Source: a virus
Direction: 5' to 3' (one strand)
DNA length: 64,000 nucleotides
Virus record (IMG/VR): IMGVR_UViG_3300034355_000809
Shown here: positions 8,047-17,680 of the stretch, piece by piece
Layout: each line of letters opens with the position of its first letter
How positions within the stretch are numbered: the first letter of the stretch is position 1
The notes under the pieces: generated by a model
Database searches by the model: none
What the model saw: only the letters and a program-made list of their open reading frames with translations
What the model was told of the DNA's origin: nothing
Translations under genes and position numbers: made by a program

Positions 8047-9636
8047 ATGTTAGTAACAGCGCCTGGTCAAACAGTAGAGATTCCATTTGTATACAGAGAT
8101 GGATACGACTATGTTGACCCAACTACAAATATAACTATCTTTTTAAAAAGAGGTTACAATAGCGCTGGTGCATCAATACTAGGGCCGTACACATACAACG
8201 TTACACAAGCGTTAGCAGCTAGTCCAAACACAATTCAAACATATGAAAATGGAACTTATGTAGAAAGAAACTCTGAAGGTTCATATACGCTTTATATGAA
8301 AATTCCTTCAAACATTTTTGATGGAGAGTATACTGTTGCAATTAACGCAATGGCTGGCGGAGCACTCGATGCAAAAGAAATAGCCTTACAAACTAAGGGA
8401 ACAATTGATGTTTCTTTTGATGATTATTCATTAACGGAAAAAACAGTTGCGTTAAATAACAGATCAAAGTATAGAAAAATTGGCCAGTTCGATACGAATA
8501 ATGTATTACTGATAGGCCACACAGATGCCATGGAACCGTATGGCATACAGAAGATAAGTTCAATCCAAGAAGGCATAAACTTACTAAGAGCTGATTTTAA
8601 CTCACCATTACTTAGAGGAATGTTTGACGCATATAGTTGTGGAGCAAGAGACATATACATAATGTCTGCTGGGTACATGAGCGAATATGTAGAAACAGTT
8701 TCAGAAAGAAACGCAGCAAGATTTCAAGACGCTGTTAATAACACTAGTACTTTTTATCAGCTTTACTATAACAGACTTGCCGAATGCTATAACATGTTAA
8801 AAGAATATGATTTTTTTGACATTGTTGTCCCGTTAGAGACTTCAATAATAGATACTGGAACAGTTAATTTTGTTAAGCAACTCGCCAACTATTGCAATGC
8901 TGTACAGGCTAACAGCGGAGAAATAACAATAGGAATAATTGGATCTAGAACAGATGGAATAAATGCAACTGATACAACAAGTTTGTTGGTAAAAAATTTT
9001 GAAATTGAATCAACTGTTGATCTTAATGGATATATCACCAAAGATACTGGCAAGCATGTTATTTTAGTTTATGGGGAAATGATATTTAATCATAAACAAA
9101 TCCAAAGAAGTTACGCAGCGTCAGCTGCTGCTGCAGTAGCTGGAATGATTAGTTCCACACAGGTAAATATTGGCTTAAGTAAAAAAAGAATACCTGCAGC
9201 TCTATCAATATTTGGTGTTGATTTGTCTACTGATGAAGTTAAAAAACTTAATGCAAAAGGAATTAACGCTCTAACAAGAGGTGGAAGATCAAGAAAATTT
9301 GGTGGCCCATACGATGTTTATCTGAGTAGCGACTATACACAGTCAATAAGTGAATCTTTCAAAGATGCTTCAAATGTTAGATTAGCAGCAATGGTTATTG
9401 GAGAAGTCCAATCACTAAGCAAAAATGCAATAGGAAAATTTGCCTACTCCAAATTAAGCGCAAAGGTTGAAGCACTTCTTTCTTTTTTGAAAACTAATGA
9501 CATCATAAGAGACTATCAATTAGAGTCTTATGCAGATAAAACTGTCAAAGGCAAGTTATATTTTAATATAACACTAAAATCATCTAGAACGCTAAGACAG
9601 ATATCTTTTAACATAGCAACAGGCAAGGGTGTGTAA
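8047..9636 (+). CDS. Tail-sheath-like protein with N-terminal Ig-like domain
   Basis: The C-terminal part parallels the 10461 sheath ('LLIGHTD', 'GARDIYIM', 'AAAVAGMISS', 'L...GIN', 'VRL..MV', 'LRQISFNI'). Confidence 0.65.
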   Translation: MLVTAPGQTVEIPFVYRDGYDYVDPTTNITIFLKRGYNSAGASILGPYTYNVTQALAASPNTIQTYENGTYVERNSEGSYTLYMKIPSNIFDGEYTVAINAMAGGALDAKEIALQTKGTIDVSFDDYSLTEKTVALNNRSKYRKIGQFDTNNVLLIGHTDAMEPYGIQKISSIQEGINLLRADFNSPLLRGMFDAYSCGARDIYIMSAGYMSEYVETVSERNAARFQDAVNNTSTFYQLYYNRLAECYNMLKEYDFFDIVVPLETSIIDTGTVNFVKQLANYCNAVQANSGEITIGIIGSRTDGINATDTTSLLVKNFEIESTVDLNGYITKDTGKHVILVYGEMIFNHKQIQRSYAASAAAAVAGMISSTQVNIGLSKKRIPAALSIFGVDLSTDEVKKLNAKGINALTRGGRSRKFGGPYDVYLSSDYTQSISESFKDASNVRLAAMVIGEVQSLSKNAIGKFAYSKLSAKVEALLSFLKTNDIIRDYQLESYADKTVKGKLYFNITLKSSRTLRQISFNIATGKGV

Positions 9637-10373
9637 TGGCACAAAATCAAATTAGATTCCCATCTTCAAACATTAACGAGATTGATTATAATAGAATGTT
9701 TGGGGCGCCTTTGCAGGCACAGGGTAACTTAACATATCTAGAATTTATAACAGCGGTTAAAGCGCTATGGGAAAACGCATACCCATCGATCAAAATAAAG
9801 CCAACACAATCAGGCGACTACGCTGAATACCCAGTTATTGTTTATGGCTTAGAACTAAGAAGGACTCACTCTTCTGAGCCTAAGCCAAGAACAAGAATCA
9901 GCCCAAACAATGATGTTGCTGTTTTTGGGCAAAGATTTCAAAATATAGTTACTTTTACTGTCATAACAGAGACTACCGAGGGAGCCCAATTAAAGGGCAC
10001 AGTAGGTAGATCTTCTGGCCCAGAAGTAGCTGATCAAATAATAGAAGCCTTTGAAGACTTTATGCTGGAGTACACTCCAGTTTTTAAAAGACTAGGAGCC
10101 TCAGAGCTGGTTTACGCCAGAAGAATGTCAGACTCTGAAGAAAATAGAGGTTCCTCAGACACCAACAGAAGAACGGTTAGCTATATGTTAACCACAGAAA
10201 AACTGTTTGCTATGGAGGTCCAGAAGATCGAAGAGATTTGCGTAGACGTTAGAAGATATATGGCCTACGAAAAAGAGCTGTGGGATGAGTATTATTATGG
10301 CTCTACCCCATCCTTTGAGGGCACCACCCTTAATATAATTGACTTAAATCAGGGCGCTACTCCAAATTCATAG
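9636..10373 (+). CDS. Putative tail terminator/completion protein
   Basis: Position immediately before the sheath gene. 'YPVIVY', 'V.FTV', 'A..I..AFEDFM' and 'RTVSY' fit the tail-terminator pattern. Confidence 0.5.
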   Translation: MAQNQIRFPSSNINEIDYNRMFGAPLQAQGNLTYLEFITAVKALWENAYPSIKIKPTQSGDYAEYPVIVYGLELRRTHSSEPKPRTRISPNNDVAVFGQRFQNIVTFTVITETTEGAQLKGTVGRSSGPEVADQIIEAFEDFMLEYTPVFKRLGASELVYARRMSDSEENRGSSDTNRRTVSYMLTTEKLFAMEVQKIEEICVDVRRYMAYEKELWDEYYYGSTPSFEGTTLNIIDLNQGATPNS

Positions 10374-10402
10374 TATTTATGTAGTTTGTTTTCAATGACG
10401 CA

Positions 10403-10413
10403 CCATTACTATA
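10403..10413 (+). promoter_or_regulatory. Putative phage late-promoter motif (TACTAT)
   Basis: CCATTACTATA about 50 nt upstream of the sheath start, followed by GGAGG/AAGGA RBS. Confidence 0.45.
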
Positions 10414-10460
10414 TCCATGAAGTAAAAATATAAAATGCTGCAAGCGGAGGTCTAAGGACA

Positions 10461-11744
10461 ATGGCTCTACCAGGTGTAAAAACAATAATCAAAGATAGAT
10501 TTTATAGCATTTCTCGCCAGGATATTCCTGTTGGTCCGAGAGTTGTTCTAATTGCTAAAAGAGGAACAGCCAGTGGAACTGGCAATGTTCAAGATCTCGA
10601 CGTAGTACAAGCTACTGGAGAACAGGATGTCATCACTGCATTCGGTGAAGATTCACAAATCCACAGAGGATATTTTGAACTTGTAGCAGGTGGAGCTGAA
10701 AGAGTATATATCGTTCCACTTCCAGCAGACTCAGTATTCAATCATACAACTGGTGCAATCACCAGCGTAACGTATGCAGCAGCAGGTGGCGGTAACGTAT
10801 TTGACGCAGCATTTGAATCAGCAGAAGCTGCACAGCCAGACATCATTGTCCCTTGGGGTCGTGGAACTCACTCAAGCGAGTGGGAAGATCCTGCAACTCC
10901 AGGCAATGACGAAGAGTATGGCTTTTATGCAAATAACGCAGCAACAGCAAATAGCTGGGCAGGAAAAGTAGCTTACAAGGTAAAGCAGATTTCTGAGAAC
11001 TCACACGCATGTTTCGCAATTATGGGCATTAAAGCATATGTTGGAACTTCACAATTTATGACTCCAGCACAAGTTTCTTCACACCTTTACAACTCAGGTT
11101 CCGGTCCTGCAAACTTAATTAGCAGAGATTCAACTGTAGATTTTGGAGTAGCTGGAGATGGTCTATTTAAAGAAATCGGAAGACATATTGTAGTTATTGC
11201 TTCAGAACTCAAGCCAGTTAACTATCCAGCTGATTGGGGTTTTGCTAATGGTGCAACTACGTTTGCGTCAGCAATTAGCAGAATGTCTTCATTCACTTCA
11301 CCAGTTAACAAGACTGCTTACAACGTTGCTGCGCTAAGATATAACCCAACAAGAACACACCAGAACGGTCTTTCTGATCTCGGTGTAAACTTTATTGCAT
11401 TGAATTTTAATAAAGTTCCTACTTTTGTAGAGGGTTTGACAATGGCAGCAGGAACTTCGGACTACACAAGAATCTCAACAATGAGAATTGTTACCGAAGC
11501 AGCTCTTTTGGTAAGACAAGTTTGCACGAAGTTTGTTGGCGAGGCATCCACGTTGCAGACACGCAACTCAATGGAAACAGCCATTACTTCGGCATTAAAG
11601 GGGATGCAACAAGTAGGAGCCTTGCTAGACAGTGACTTTACAGTAAGTTACTGGCCAGCAGAAAACAAGGCGTTTGTTGACCTCGTAATCACGCCAGCAT
11701 TTGAACTCAAGAACATTGAAGTTCAAGTAGCTGTCACAATATAA
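10461..11744 (+). CDS. Contractile tail sheath protein
   Basis: Starts 'MALPGV'. C-terminal sheath signature 'DYTRISTMRIV...FVGE....TRNSMETAI...L...VDLVITPAFELKNIEV'. Confidence 0.85.
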   Translation: MALPGVKTIIKDRFYSISRQDIPVGPRVVLIAKRGTASGTGNVQDLDVVQATGEQDVITAFGEDSQIHRGYFELVAGGAERVYIVPLPADSVFNHTTGAITSVTYAAAGGGNVFDAAFESAEAAQPDIIVPWGRGTHSSEWEDPATPGNDEEYGFYANNAATANSWAGKVAYKVKQISENSHACFAIMGIKAYVGTSQFMTPAQVSSHLYNSGSGPANLISRDSTVDFGVAGDGLFKEIGRHIVVIASELKPVNYPADWGFANGATTFASAISRMSSFTSPVNKTAYNVAALRYNPTRTHQNGLSDLGVNFIALNFNKVPTFVEGLTMAAGTSDYTRISTMRIVTEAALLVRQVCTKFVGEASTLQTRNSMETAITSALKGMQQVGALLDSDFTVSYWPAENKAFVDLVITPAFELKNIEVQVAVTI

Positions 11745-11782
11745 TAATCATATAATTAATATACCGAATTGGAGGGTATAAT

Positions 11783-12481
11783 ATGGCTGGTTCAGACTAT
11801 TACGACAGCGCGGTCAATAAGTATCTCAATACTTACACCACGTTCTCAGGAGCAGATATCGTAGCTACTTTTGGTGGCATCGAAATTGGAGCTCTTTCAG
11901 GAATCACTTTCTCTGTAACCAGAGAGAAAGCTCCTATTTACACAATGGGTTCACCAAACCCAAGATCGTTCTCAAGAGGCAAGCGTGGAATCGCAGGCTC
12001 ATTGATCTTCACAGTGTTTGACCGTCCAGCTCTTTACCAGATGCTCGATGCCAACCACCAGAAGGACAATCCACAAATGTTCTACACCAGAAGACATAAC
12101 ACTCTTCCAGGTGATGTTGGACACAAGCGCGGAATTGCAGAATTCTCAGCTCAAGATTCTGACATAGTATCACAGGTTCCATTCTATGCTGACCAAATTC
12201 CTCCGTTCGACATAACGATCACTTTTGCCAACGAATATGGCCAAGGTGCAGTTCGCTCGATCTATGGCGTTGAACTTCTCAATGAGGGTTCTGGCGCTTC
12301 GATGGACGACATTGTTATCGAAGAAACGATGACTTATGTTGCCAGAGAAATTGGACCAATGTACAGAATAACCACTGATCAGTTGTCCAATGGCAAGTTT
12401 AATACGGGTGATCTGAAAGACATTATCAACAAGGACACGGTAGCAGACGCAGGTCTCAATCCTAAGATAATTAGACCATAA
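11783..12481 (+). CDS. Major tail tube protein
   Basis: Directly follows the sheath gene with a strong GGAGG RBS. 'FSGADIVA', 'REKAPIYTMG', 'RGKRGIAGSLIF', 'PPFDITI', 'IYGVE..NEG...S.DD...E....YVAR' match myovirus tube proteins. Confidence 0.75.
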   Translation: MAGSDYYDSAVNKYLNTYTTFSGADIVATFGGIEIGALSGITFSVTREKAPIYTMGSPNPRSFSRGKRGIAGSLIFTVFDRPALYQMLDANHQKDNPQMFYTRRHNTLPGDVGHKRGIAEFSAQDSDIVSQVPFYADQIPPFDITITFANEYGQGAVRSIYGVELLNEGSGASMDDIVIEETMTYVAREIGPMYRITTDQLSNGKFNTGDLKDIINKDTVADAGLNPKIIRP

Positions 12482-12506
12482 GTTATTAAATAATTAAAAG
12501 TAAGTT

Positions 12507-12550
12507 GATATGGAGGACGGGGGAAACTCTGGTCCTCCATATCTGTTTTT
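12507..12550 (+). terminator. Rho-independent terminator
   Basis: Perfect 12-bp stem GATATGGAGGAC/GTCCTCCATATC, inner GGGG-GAAA-CTCT hairpin, then TGTTTTT. Confidence 0.85.
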
Positions 12551-12570
12551 AAGCGCAAAGATAGGACAAC

Positions 12571-13311
12571 ATGGACATAATTGATCCCCTACCAATCAAA
12601 CGTGATTTTAGATCAGCAAGTAATAAAAATCTTTACGACACAACCGCTATAAGTAAGATAAGAGCTGAAAAAGGATTACCAGATCCGTTTTCCAATATGT
12701 CATTTGCTGGTACGGATATCACAGCCACAATGGTTATCCCTGCCATAGATAGAGTTGGCGGCACAGTAAGCTCTATGGATGTTCTAGAGCTCGCAGAAAT
12801 ACAAACCATCTCTTATTCTATACACAGAGAAAATGCTCCTGTTAGAACCTTAGGACACGTAAACCCAAGAGGTTTTGTTAAAGGGGCAAGAACAATTGGT
12901 GGATCATTAATCTTTACAGTCTTCAATGAATACGCTTTTTATAGAATAAAAGAATATAGACAGATAATGGCTGAAACAGGTTTGTTTTTTGCCCCACTAG
13001 CAGACATGCTCCCACCATTTGATATTGTTTTAACATTCTTTAATGAGTACGGTCTCGGCGCTAAAATGAAAATATACGGTGTTACTATAATAGACGAAGG
13101 CCAGACCATGTCTGTTGACGACCTAATAACAGAACAAACTTATATGTTTATGGCAAGAGGAATACAGCCAATGATTTCGATGGACTATGACCCAATGTTG
13201 CTTGGACCAGATGAAAGTGCAGTCTACAAAGATAGACAAAACAATTATTATGGTGAAGATAAGATGGTAGAATATACTACATTCATTGACAGAATAAGAA
13301 AGCCAGAGTAA
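12571..13311 (+). CDS. Tail tube-like protein (paralog 2)
   Basis: Shares 'SFAGTDI', 'RENAPVRTLG', 'GARTIGGSLIF', 'PPFDI', 'IYGV...EG..MS.DD...EQ...F.AR' with 11783. Confidence 0.75.
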   Translation: MDIIDPLPIKRDFRSASNKNLYDTTAISKIRAEKGLPDPFSNMSFAGTDITATMVIPAIDRVGGTVSSMDVLELAEIQTISYSIHRENAPVRTLGHVNPRGFVKGARTIGGSLIFTVFNEYAFYRIKEYRQIMAETGLFFAPLADMLPPFDIVLTFFNEYGLGAKMKIYGVTIIDEGQTMSVDDLITEQTYMFMARGIQPMISMDYDPMLLGPDESAVYKDRQNNYYGEDKMVEYTTFIDRIRKPE

Positions 13312-13314
13312 TTT

Positions 13315-14376
13315 ATGGCAGGACCAATTGATTACGGCAGGATAATAGGCAGGAAACCATTCAGGCCATTTAGCGCTTATCTTCCACCAGAGATTAAGAT
13401 ATCAAAAGAAAACAATGACTTTTCTTTAATTAGTCCACAATCCTTTGATCCGCTAAATGAAAACATAGATTTACAATGGGCAGGAAAAGTAGACGACACA
13501 AATAAATTTAATAATTATTATGATTATTACTTTAGTGGTGAAGACATTAAAGTATACATTGATGGACTTTTTGATGCCGGAGATGAGTTAGACATGGCAG
13601 GTTTTGCATTTACAATTAGCCAGCAAAAAGCTCCACTGTTTGGATTTTGGTCTTATAACTATGATGTTATGATGACCGGAACAAGAATTGTAAATGGACA
13701 AATGACCATACATAGCAGATATCCAGGAAGAATGAAAGACCTTTTATCCAAAGCTGCTAAAGTAAGAACTGATTTTTATTCTGATAAACCAAGTTCTCAA
13801 ATTCAATCATACTTAAGAAGCGACTCAGAAGATATTGAAGATGAAAAAAACGTACAAAAATGGTGGGCCAGCAGTCAGTTAGATAGACTTGGATCAGACG
13901 GCAGAGGTTCTGATAATAGAAACATTTTTAGTGCTCACCCACCTTTTAACTTTGTTATCAAATATGGGACCCAAGAGGGTTCAATGACCACACTAGCCAG
14001 GAATGAAGGCACTCAAAGTGACTCAAACTATGACACTTTAGACAGGTTAATGTCACTTGATGTTAACGATAGATTAGTGCAAAGAAACCCATCTGGTCCA
14101 TTTCAAATGGATATTGTTTTGCAAAGCGTACACTTGAACTCAATGAGCACGAGCTATGCCGCAGGAGGCATGCTAGTTATTGAATCTTACGATTTTACTG
14201 CCAGAGATATGTATGTATCAGATGGAAAACTAAAGGAACCAGAAAACGGTACAATAACGGTAAATGAGCAAAAGGGTTCTTTAGGAACTGACCCAAACAA
14301 GGTGCAAGCACCTCCTACCCAAGAGCAGCTTCTGACCATAAAAGATAGGGCAGTTCTTTTTGAAAGACCAATGTAA
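13315..14376 (+). CDS. Tail tube-like protein (paralog 3; possible tube initiator)
   Basis: 'YFSGEDI', 'QKAPLFG', 'GTRIVNG', 'PPFNFVI', 'E.Y.F.ARD' are divergent versions of the tube motifs. Confidence 0.65.
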   Translation: MAGPIDYGRIIGRKPFRPFSAYLPPEIKISKENNDFSLISPQSFDPLNENIDLQWAGKVDDTNKFNNYYDYYFSGEDIKVYIDGLFDAGDELDMAGFAFTISQQKAPLFGFWSYNYDVMMTGTRIVNGQMTIHSRYPGRMKDLLSKAAKVRTDFYSDKPSSQIQSYLRSDSEDIEDEKNVQKWWASSQLDRLGSDGRGSDNRNIFSAHPPFNFVIKYGTQEGSMTTLARNEGTQSDSNYDTLDRLMSLDVNDRLVQRNPSGPFQMDIVLQSVHLNSMSTSYAAGGMLVIESYDFTARDMYVSDGKLKEPENGTITVNEQKGSLGTDPNKVQAPPTQEQLLTIKDRAVLFERPM

Positions 14377-14400
14377 TATAAAAATACAATAGAAAATATG

Positions 14401-14409
14401 TGATATAAT
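14401..14409 (+). promoter_or_regulatory. Extended -10 promoter (TGaTATAAT)
   Basis: TGATATAAT upstream of the AGGAG RBS and ATG 14443. Confidence 0.5.
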
Positions 14410-14442
14410 TTTTGATGTGACTATAGTTAATAGGAGAAAAAA

Positions 14443-14964
14443 ATGAACGAAGCTAGAAAAGTTGTAGTTAAAGATTCGCCAGAAATTGCAGAAGAAGTAG
14501 GAGCTGACTCAGTACTCATCCTGTCAGAAGAAGTTGACACGCAGGAAACTATGCAAGAAGTTGAAGCCGATGAAGAGATTGCATTAGGAGTAGAAGACTT
14601 GCCAGATGACGAATTGATTTGGCCTGGCGGTCCAACCGCAGGACAGATTAAAATGTGGAAGCAAGAATATGGTGATGTTTATGTAACCTCAATCACCTAT
14701 GACAAGCACATCGCTTGGAGAACTTTGAATAGACTTGAGTACAAGAATCTGGTTAAGAAGATGGAACAACTCGTCCAAGCAGGCCAGTTAACTCAAAGCG
14801 AAGCAAATCTTTGGAACGAAGAAGCAATTACTGAAATATGCATTCTTTACCCAGCTTATGATAAGCAGTCTTTGGTTTCAGAAATGGCTGGACTTCCTTC
14901 TTTGATTTCACAAGAAGTTCTTGAAGCATCTGGATTCTTAGCCCTTGAGGTAAGACAGCTCTAA
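14443..14964 (+). CDS. Putative tail assembly chaperone
   Basis: Acidic protein between the tube genes and the tape-measure-like gene. 'WKQEYGDVY...WRTLNRLEYK...CILYP...AG....IS..VLEASGF'. Confidence 0.6.
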   Translation: MNEARKVVVKDSPEIAEEVGADSVLILSEEVDTQETMQEVEADEEIALGVEDLPDDELIWPGGPTAGQIKMWKQEYGDVYVTSITYDKHIAWRTLNRLEYKNLVKKMEQLVQAGQLTQSEANLWNEEAITEICILYPAYDKQSLVSEMAGLPSLISQEVLEASGFLALEVRQL

Positions 14965-14968
14965 TAAT

Positions 14969-15595
14969 ATGATTAACCCAGAGTTTTTGTATGAATTGAA
15001 ATCCTTATACGGCTCTGTATTTGAAACATATTTAAAAAAAGACTTAGTATTATTCCGCGAACTAACCTTTGCTGAGTTTGATCAAATAACAGAGCATCAA
15101 AATTCTGGAGAATCTTCTGCTGAAATAGAAGAACTAATTATAAAACTTGGCGTTATTTATCCAGAAAATATTAACGTAGATGCCTATCCTGCTGGGATAG
15201 TGTCAGCTTTAGCTGAAGAAATTCTAGAAGAATCTGGCTTTGCATCGCCAAAAAAAGCTAAAAGAATATTAGACGAAAAAAGAATAGAAGCTTCTGAGGT
15301 AAGAAGCTTAATGAAAGCTTTTGTTTTGGCTACTATAACATCGTATACTCCAGAAGATCTAGACAATCTTACCTATACTAAACTTGCGCAAAAAGTAGCT
15401 TTATCAGAAAAGATAATGGAAATCAAACAAGCTATTTTAGGTATGGAATCAACAAACGTAACGCTCCAATTGGTGGATCCAGAAGAAATAATGGAACAGC
15501 AAGAAGATATGGCTAAGCGATACAACCAGTCTAGAAAAGAAGGTGAAGCAAAATACAATGACCCTGTTGCACAAAAGCTTTGGGGCGCAAGATAG
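14969..15595 (+). CDS. Putative tail assembly chaperone (paralog)
   Basis: Repeats the upstream pattern: 'LKSLYGSVF...FRELTFAEF...VIYP...AG...LA..ILEESGF'. Confidence 0.6.
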   Translation: MINPEFLYELKSLYGSVFETYLKKDLVLFRELTFAEFDQITEHQNSGESSAEIEELIIKLGVIYPENINVDAYPAGIVSALAEEILEESGFASPKKAKRILDEKRIEASEVRSLMKAFVLATITSYTPEDLDNLTYTKLAQKVALSEKIMEIKQAILGMESTNVTLQLVDPEEIMEQQEDMAKRYNQSRKEGEAKYNDPVAQKLWGAR

Positions 15596-15612
15596 TAGAA
15601 GGGTAGTTTGTC

Positions 15613-17574
15613 TTGCTAAGAGATAAGGTTCCATTACATAGTCTAGGTCATGGTGTAACCAGCCGAGATATAAGTGCTGCAGATAATGAGGAACAACGTC
15701 CCGCTTCTAATGCTGGCTATATAGGTAAACTACTTAACGATAAGCCAATAATAAAATACCTAAGCTCAACAGTTGCAACATTGGGAGCTAGCTTAGTCTT
15801 AAATAAAGGACTAAGCAAAGGTGGCTTAAAACTAGCTTCTACAATTCAAAAGTCAGCAGATAGTGGATCTCAATTAGGAACCAGAGCCGTAAGAACCGCT
15901 GGGCAAATTAAAAAAACCTTAGATGAATTAGAAGGTTTAAATAGATATATTGAAGATGCGGTTGATCCATATTCAAGGTTAGTCAACACAAAAGCTGATG
16001 GCTCCATATCTAAACCAATATTAACTAAATTGGCTGGACCCGGTTATGTATCAGATGGTACAAGGTGGATGACCGCTAAGGAATTCAGGGCAGCATCAAC
16101 TGGTGCCGAACCAGCAGCGATATGGTCTTATAGAGATCAACTGCAACAGAGCCTTGTTAGGAATGCAAGAACATTAGCTATTGGACTACCAAGCACATAT
16201 ATCGTTCAACGAGGTGTAACTGGTCCATTGTTTGGCAATGATGATGACAGGCCAAGGGGGAAATGGTATAACCCGGTAGACGTTATCACCGACTTTGTTA
16301 CGCAATCAACTAGAAACATAACAAACTTAGTTTTACCAACTGCTGTTGTAGGCGCAGGGGTAAGCAGAATGAGAACTTTAGTTGATTCTCCTTACCAAGA
16401 TTTCCCGCTACCTTTAACAAAAAATCAAAAAAAGACATCGAACAAAATAGCTGATGTAAAAACAATATTAAATTCTTTTGGACAAGATGCGGGCAACTTA
16501 TTAAATAAAGCAACTAGAATTAGTGCGTCTGCATCAACTGCTTTCAATACATCTTGGCAAGAATCACAATCAAAAGAAGCAGGATTTGTAAACTCACTTT
16601 CTCAGGCTAGAAGAGGCGCAGCTGCTGCCAGAGCGGCCTCTGAGCTCTCTGGTGAGGGCAAACTAAGAGCAGCAGCAAAGTTCGCCAAAGCTGGTCTCGT
16701 AGGCTATCAGGGGCCTGTATCAACCTCTTCTGGCCGCTCCGTTGAAGATCTAGCAGGCCTTGCAGACACAATACCGGCAATAAGAAATCTTCCTTCCGCA
16801 ACAAGAACGTTTGCAAAAGAATTTAAAAAGACACGCAATGCTTACGACGTAATATCTGGGGCAATCACATTCGATGAAGGCTTAAGAAGAGCTAGCGGAG
16901 ATCCTACAGCAGCAGCAGATATTTTAAATAAGACTATCATAAGCCTGAGGCAGCAACACACAAGTAGATTTGTTCACCTTGTGGGCGGCAGCGTTGCAGC
17001 AAGAAGTATGGCAAATCCTGATGGCACAACAGGAAGAAAAGGTGTATTTACTTCTAACTTTGAACAAAACGCATATAACAAAACTTTAACAGAACAATTA
17101 GTAAGCAGAGGTTATGGTAGAGCTGAAGCAGAAGATTTTGTATCTGGATTAAAAATCAAAGGGCTACCAAGCCCTAATGATACATCATTAAGAAGTGTCT
17201 CACAAAGAATAACCTATGGCGTTAAACCAATTACAGTAGATGATGATGATAGCTTTTTTCAAATGCTTGCAAAAAGAGCAGAAAAAGATTTAGGAACAAA
17301 AGCAAAAAACTTTGATCCTGAAACGTTAAAAGAAGCATTTACTACAACAGACAGAATTTTTTCTGGGGAAACGTTTAGACAATCTTTATCACAAAGAGCA
17401 GAGTTATCGTTTAAGCAAGATGTGGAAGACCATATCACTAACGTAACTGCTGCAGTTTTAAGACCTCAAAAAGCTGTGTTTGGTGACTTCACTGGAGAAA
17501 TAAGCGCAACAAAGCAAGAGTTCTTGTCAAGAAAAGTATCACAATCTCTCCGGAATAACGTTAACAAAAGCTGA
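15613..17574 (+). CDS. Large virion protein (tape-measure-like), N-terminal segment; predicted to join 17552-22258 by +1 frameshift (~2214 aa)
   Basis: A/G/R-rich helical protein after the chaperones, TTG start. The +1 frame is open from 17504 through to 22258. Confidence 0.6.
   Translation: MLRDKVPLHSLGHGVTSRDISAADNEEQRPASNAGYIGKLLNDKPIIKYLSSTVATLGASLVLNKGLSKGGLKLASTIQKSADSGSQLGTRAVRTAGQIKKTLDELEGLNRYIEDAVDPYSRLVNTKADGSISKPILTKLAGPGYVSDGTRWMTAKEFRAASTGAEPAAIWSYRDQLQQSLVRNARTLAIGLPSTYIVQRGVTGPLFGNDDDRPRGKWYNPVDVITDFVTQSTRNITNLVLPTAVVGAGVSRMRTLVDSPYQDFPLPLTKNQKKTSNKIADVKTILNSFGQDAGNLLNKATRISASASTAFNTSWQESQSKEAGFVNSLSQARRGAAAARAASELSGEGKLRAAAKFAKAGLVGYQGPVSTSSGRSVEDLAGLADTIPAIRNLPSATRTFAKEFKKTRNAYDVISGAITFDEGLRRASGDPTAAADILNKTIISLRQQHTSRFVHLVGGSVAARSMANPDGTTGRKGVFTSNFEQNAYNKTLTEQLVSRGYGRAEAEDFVSGLKIKGLPSPNDTSLRSVSQRITYGVKPITVDDDDSFFQMLAKRAEKDLGTKAKNFDPETLKEAFTTTDRIFSGETFRQSLSQRAELSFKQDVEDHITNVTAAVLRPQKAVFGDFTGEISATKQEFLSRKVSQSLRNNVNKS
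17551..17554 (+). other. Candidate +1 frameshift site 1 (CTC CGG A)
   Basis: Skipping one base gives ...QSL-GITLTKADG..., continuous with ORF 17681-22258. Confidence 0.6.
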
Positions 17575-17680
17575 TGGAAGTCTAACATCAGCATCATACA
17601 TAGCAAATGAATTAGCCAAAAGAGGAATAGATAGTTCGGATGCTGATCAATTAAAACAAATATTAATTGACAAAAGGTTA

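Noticed and set aside
14443-15595. Classical -1 frameshift between tail assembly chaperones (lambda G/GT type)
   Set aside because: The two genes are paralogs with a clean TAA and their own ATG. The slippery-looking TTTAAAAAAAG near 15031 lies inside the second gene and is not needed to explain the layout.
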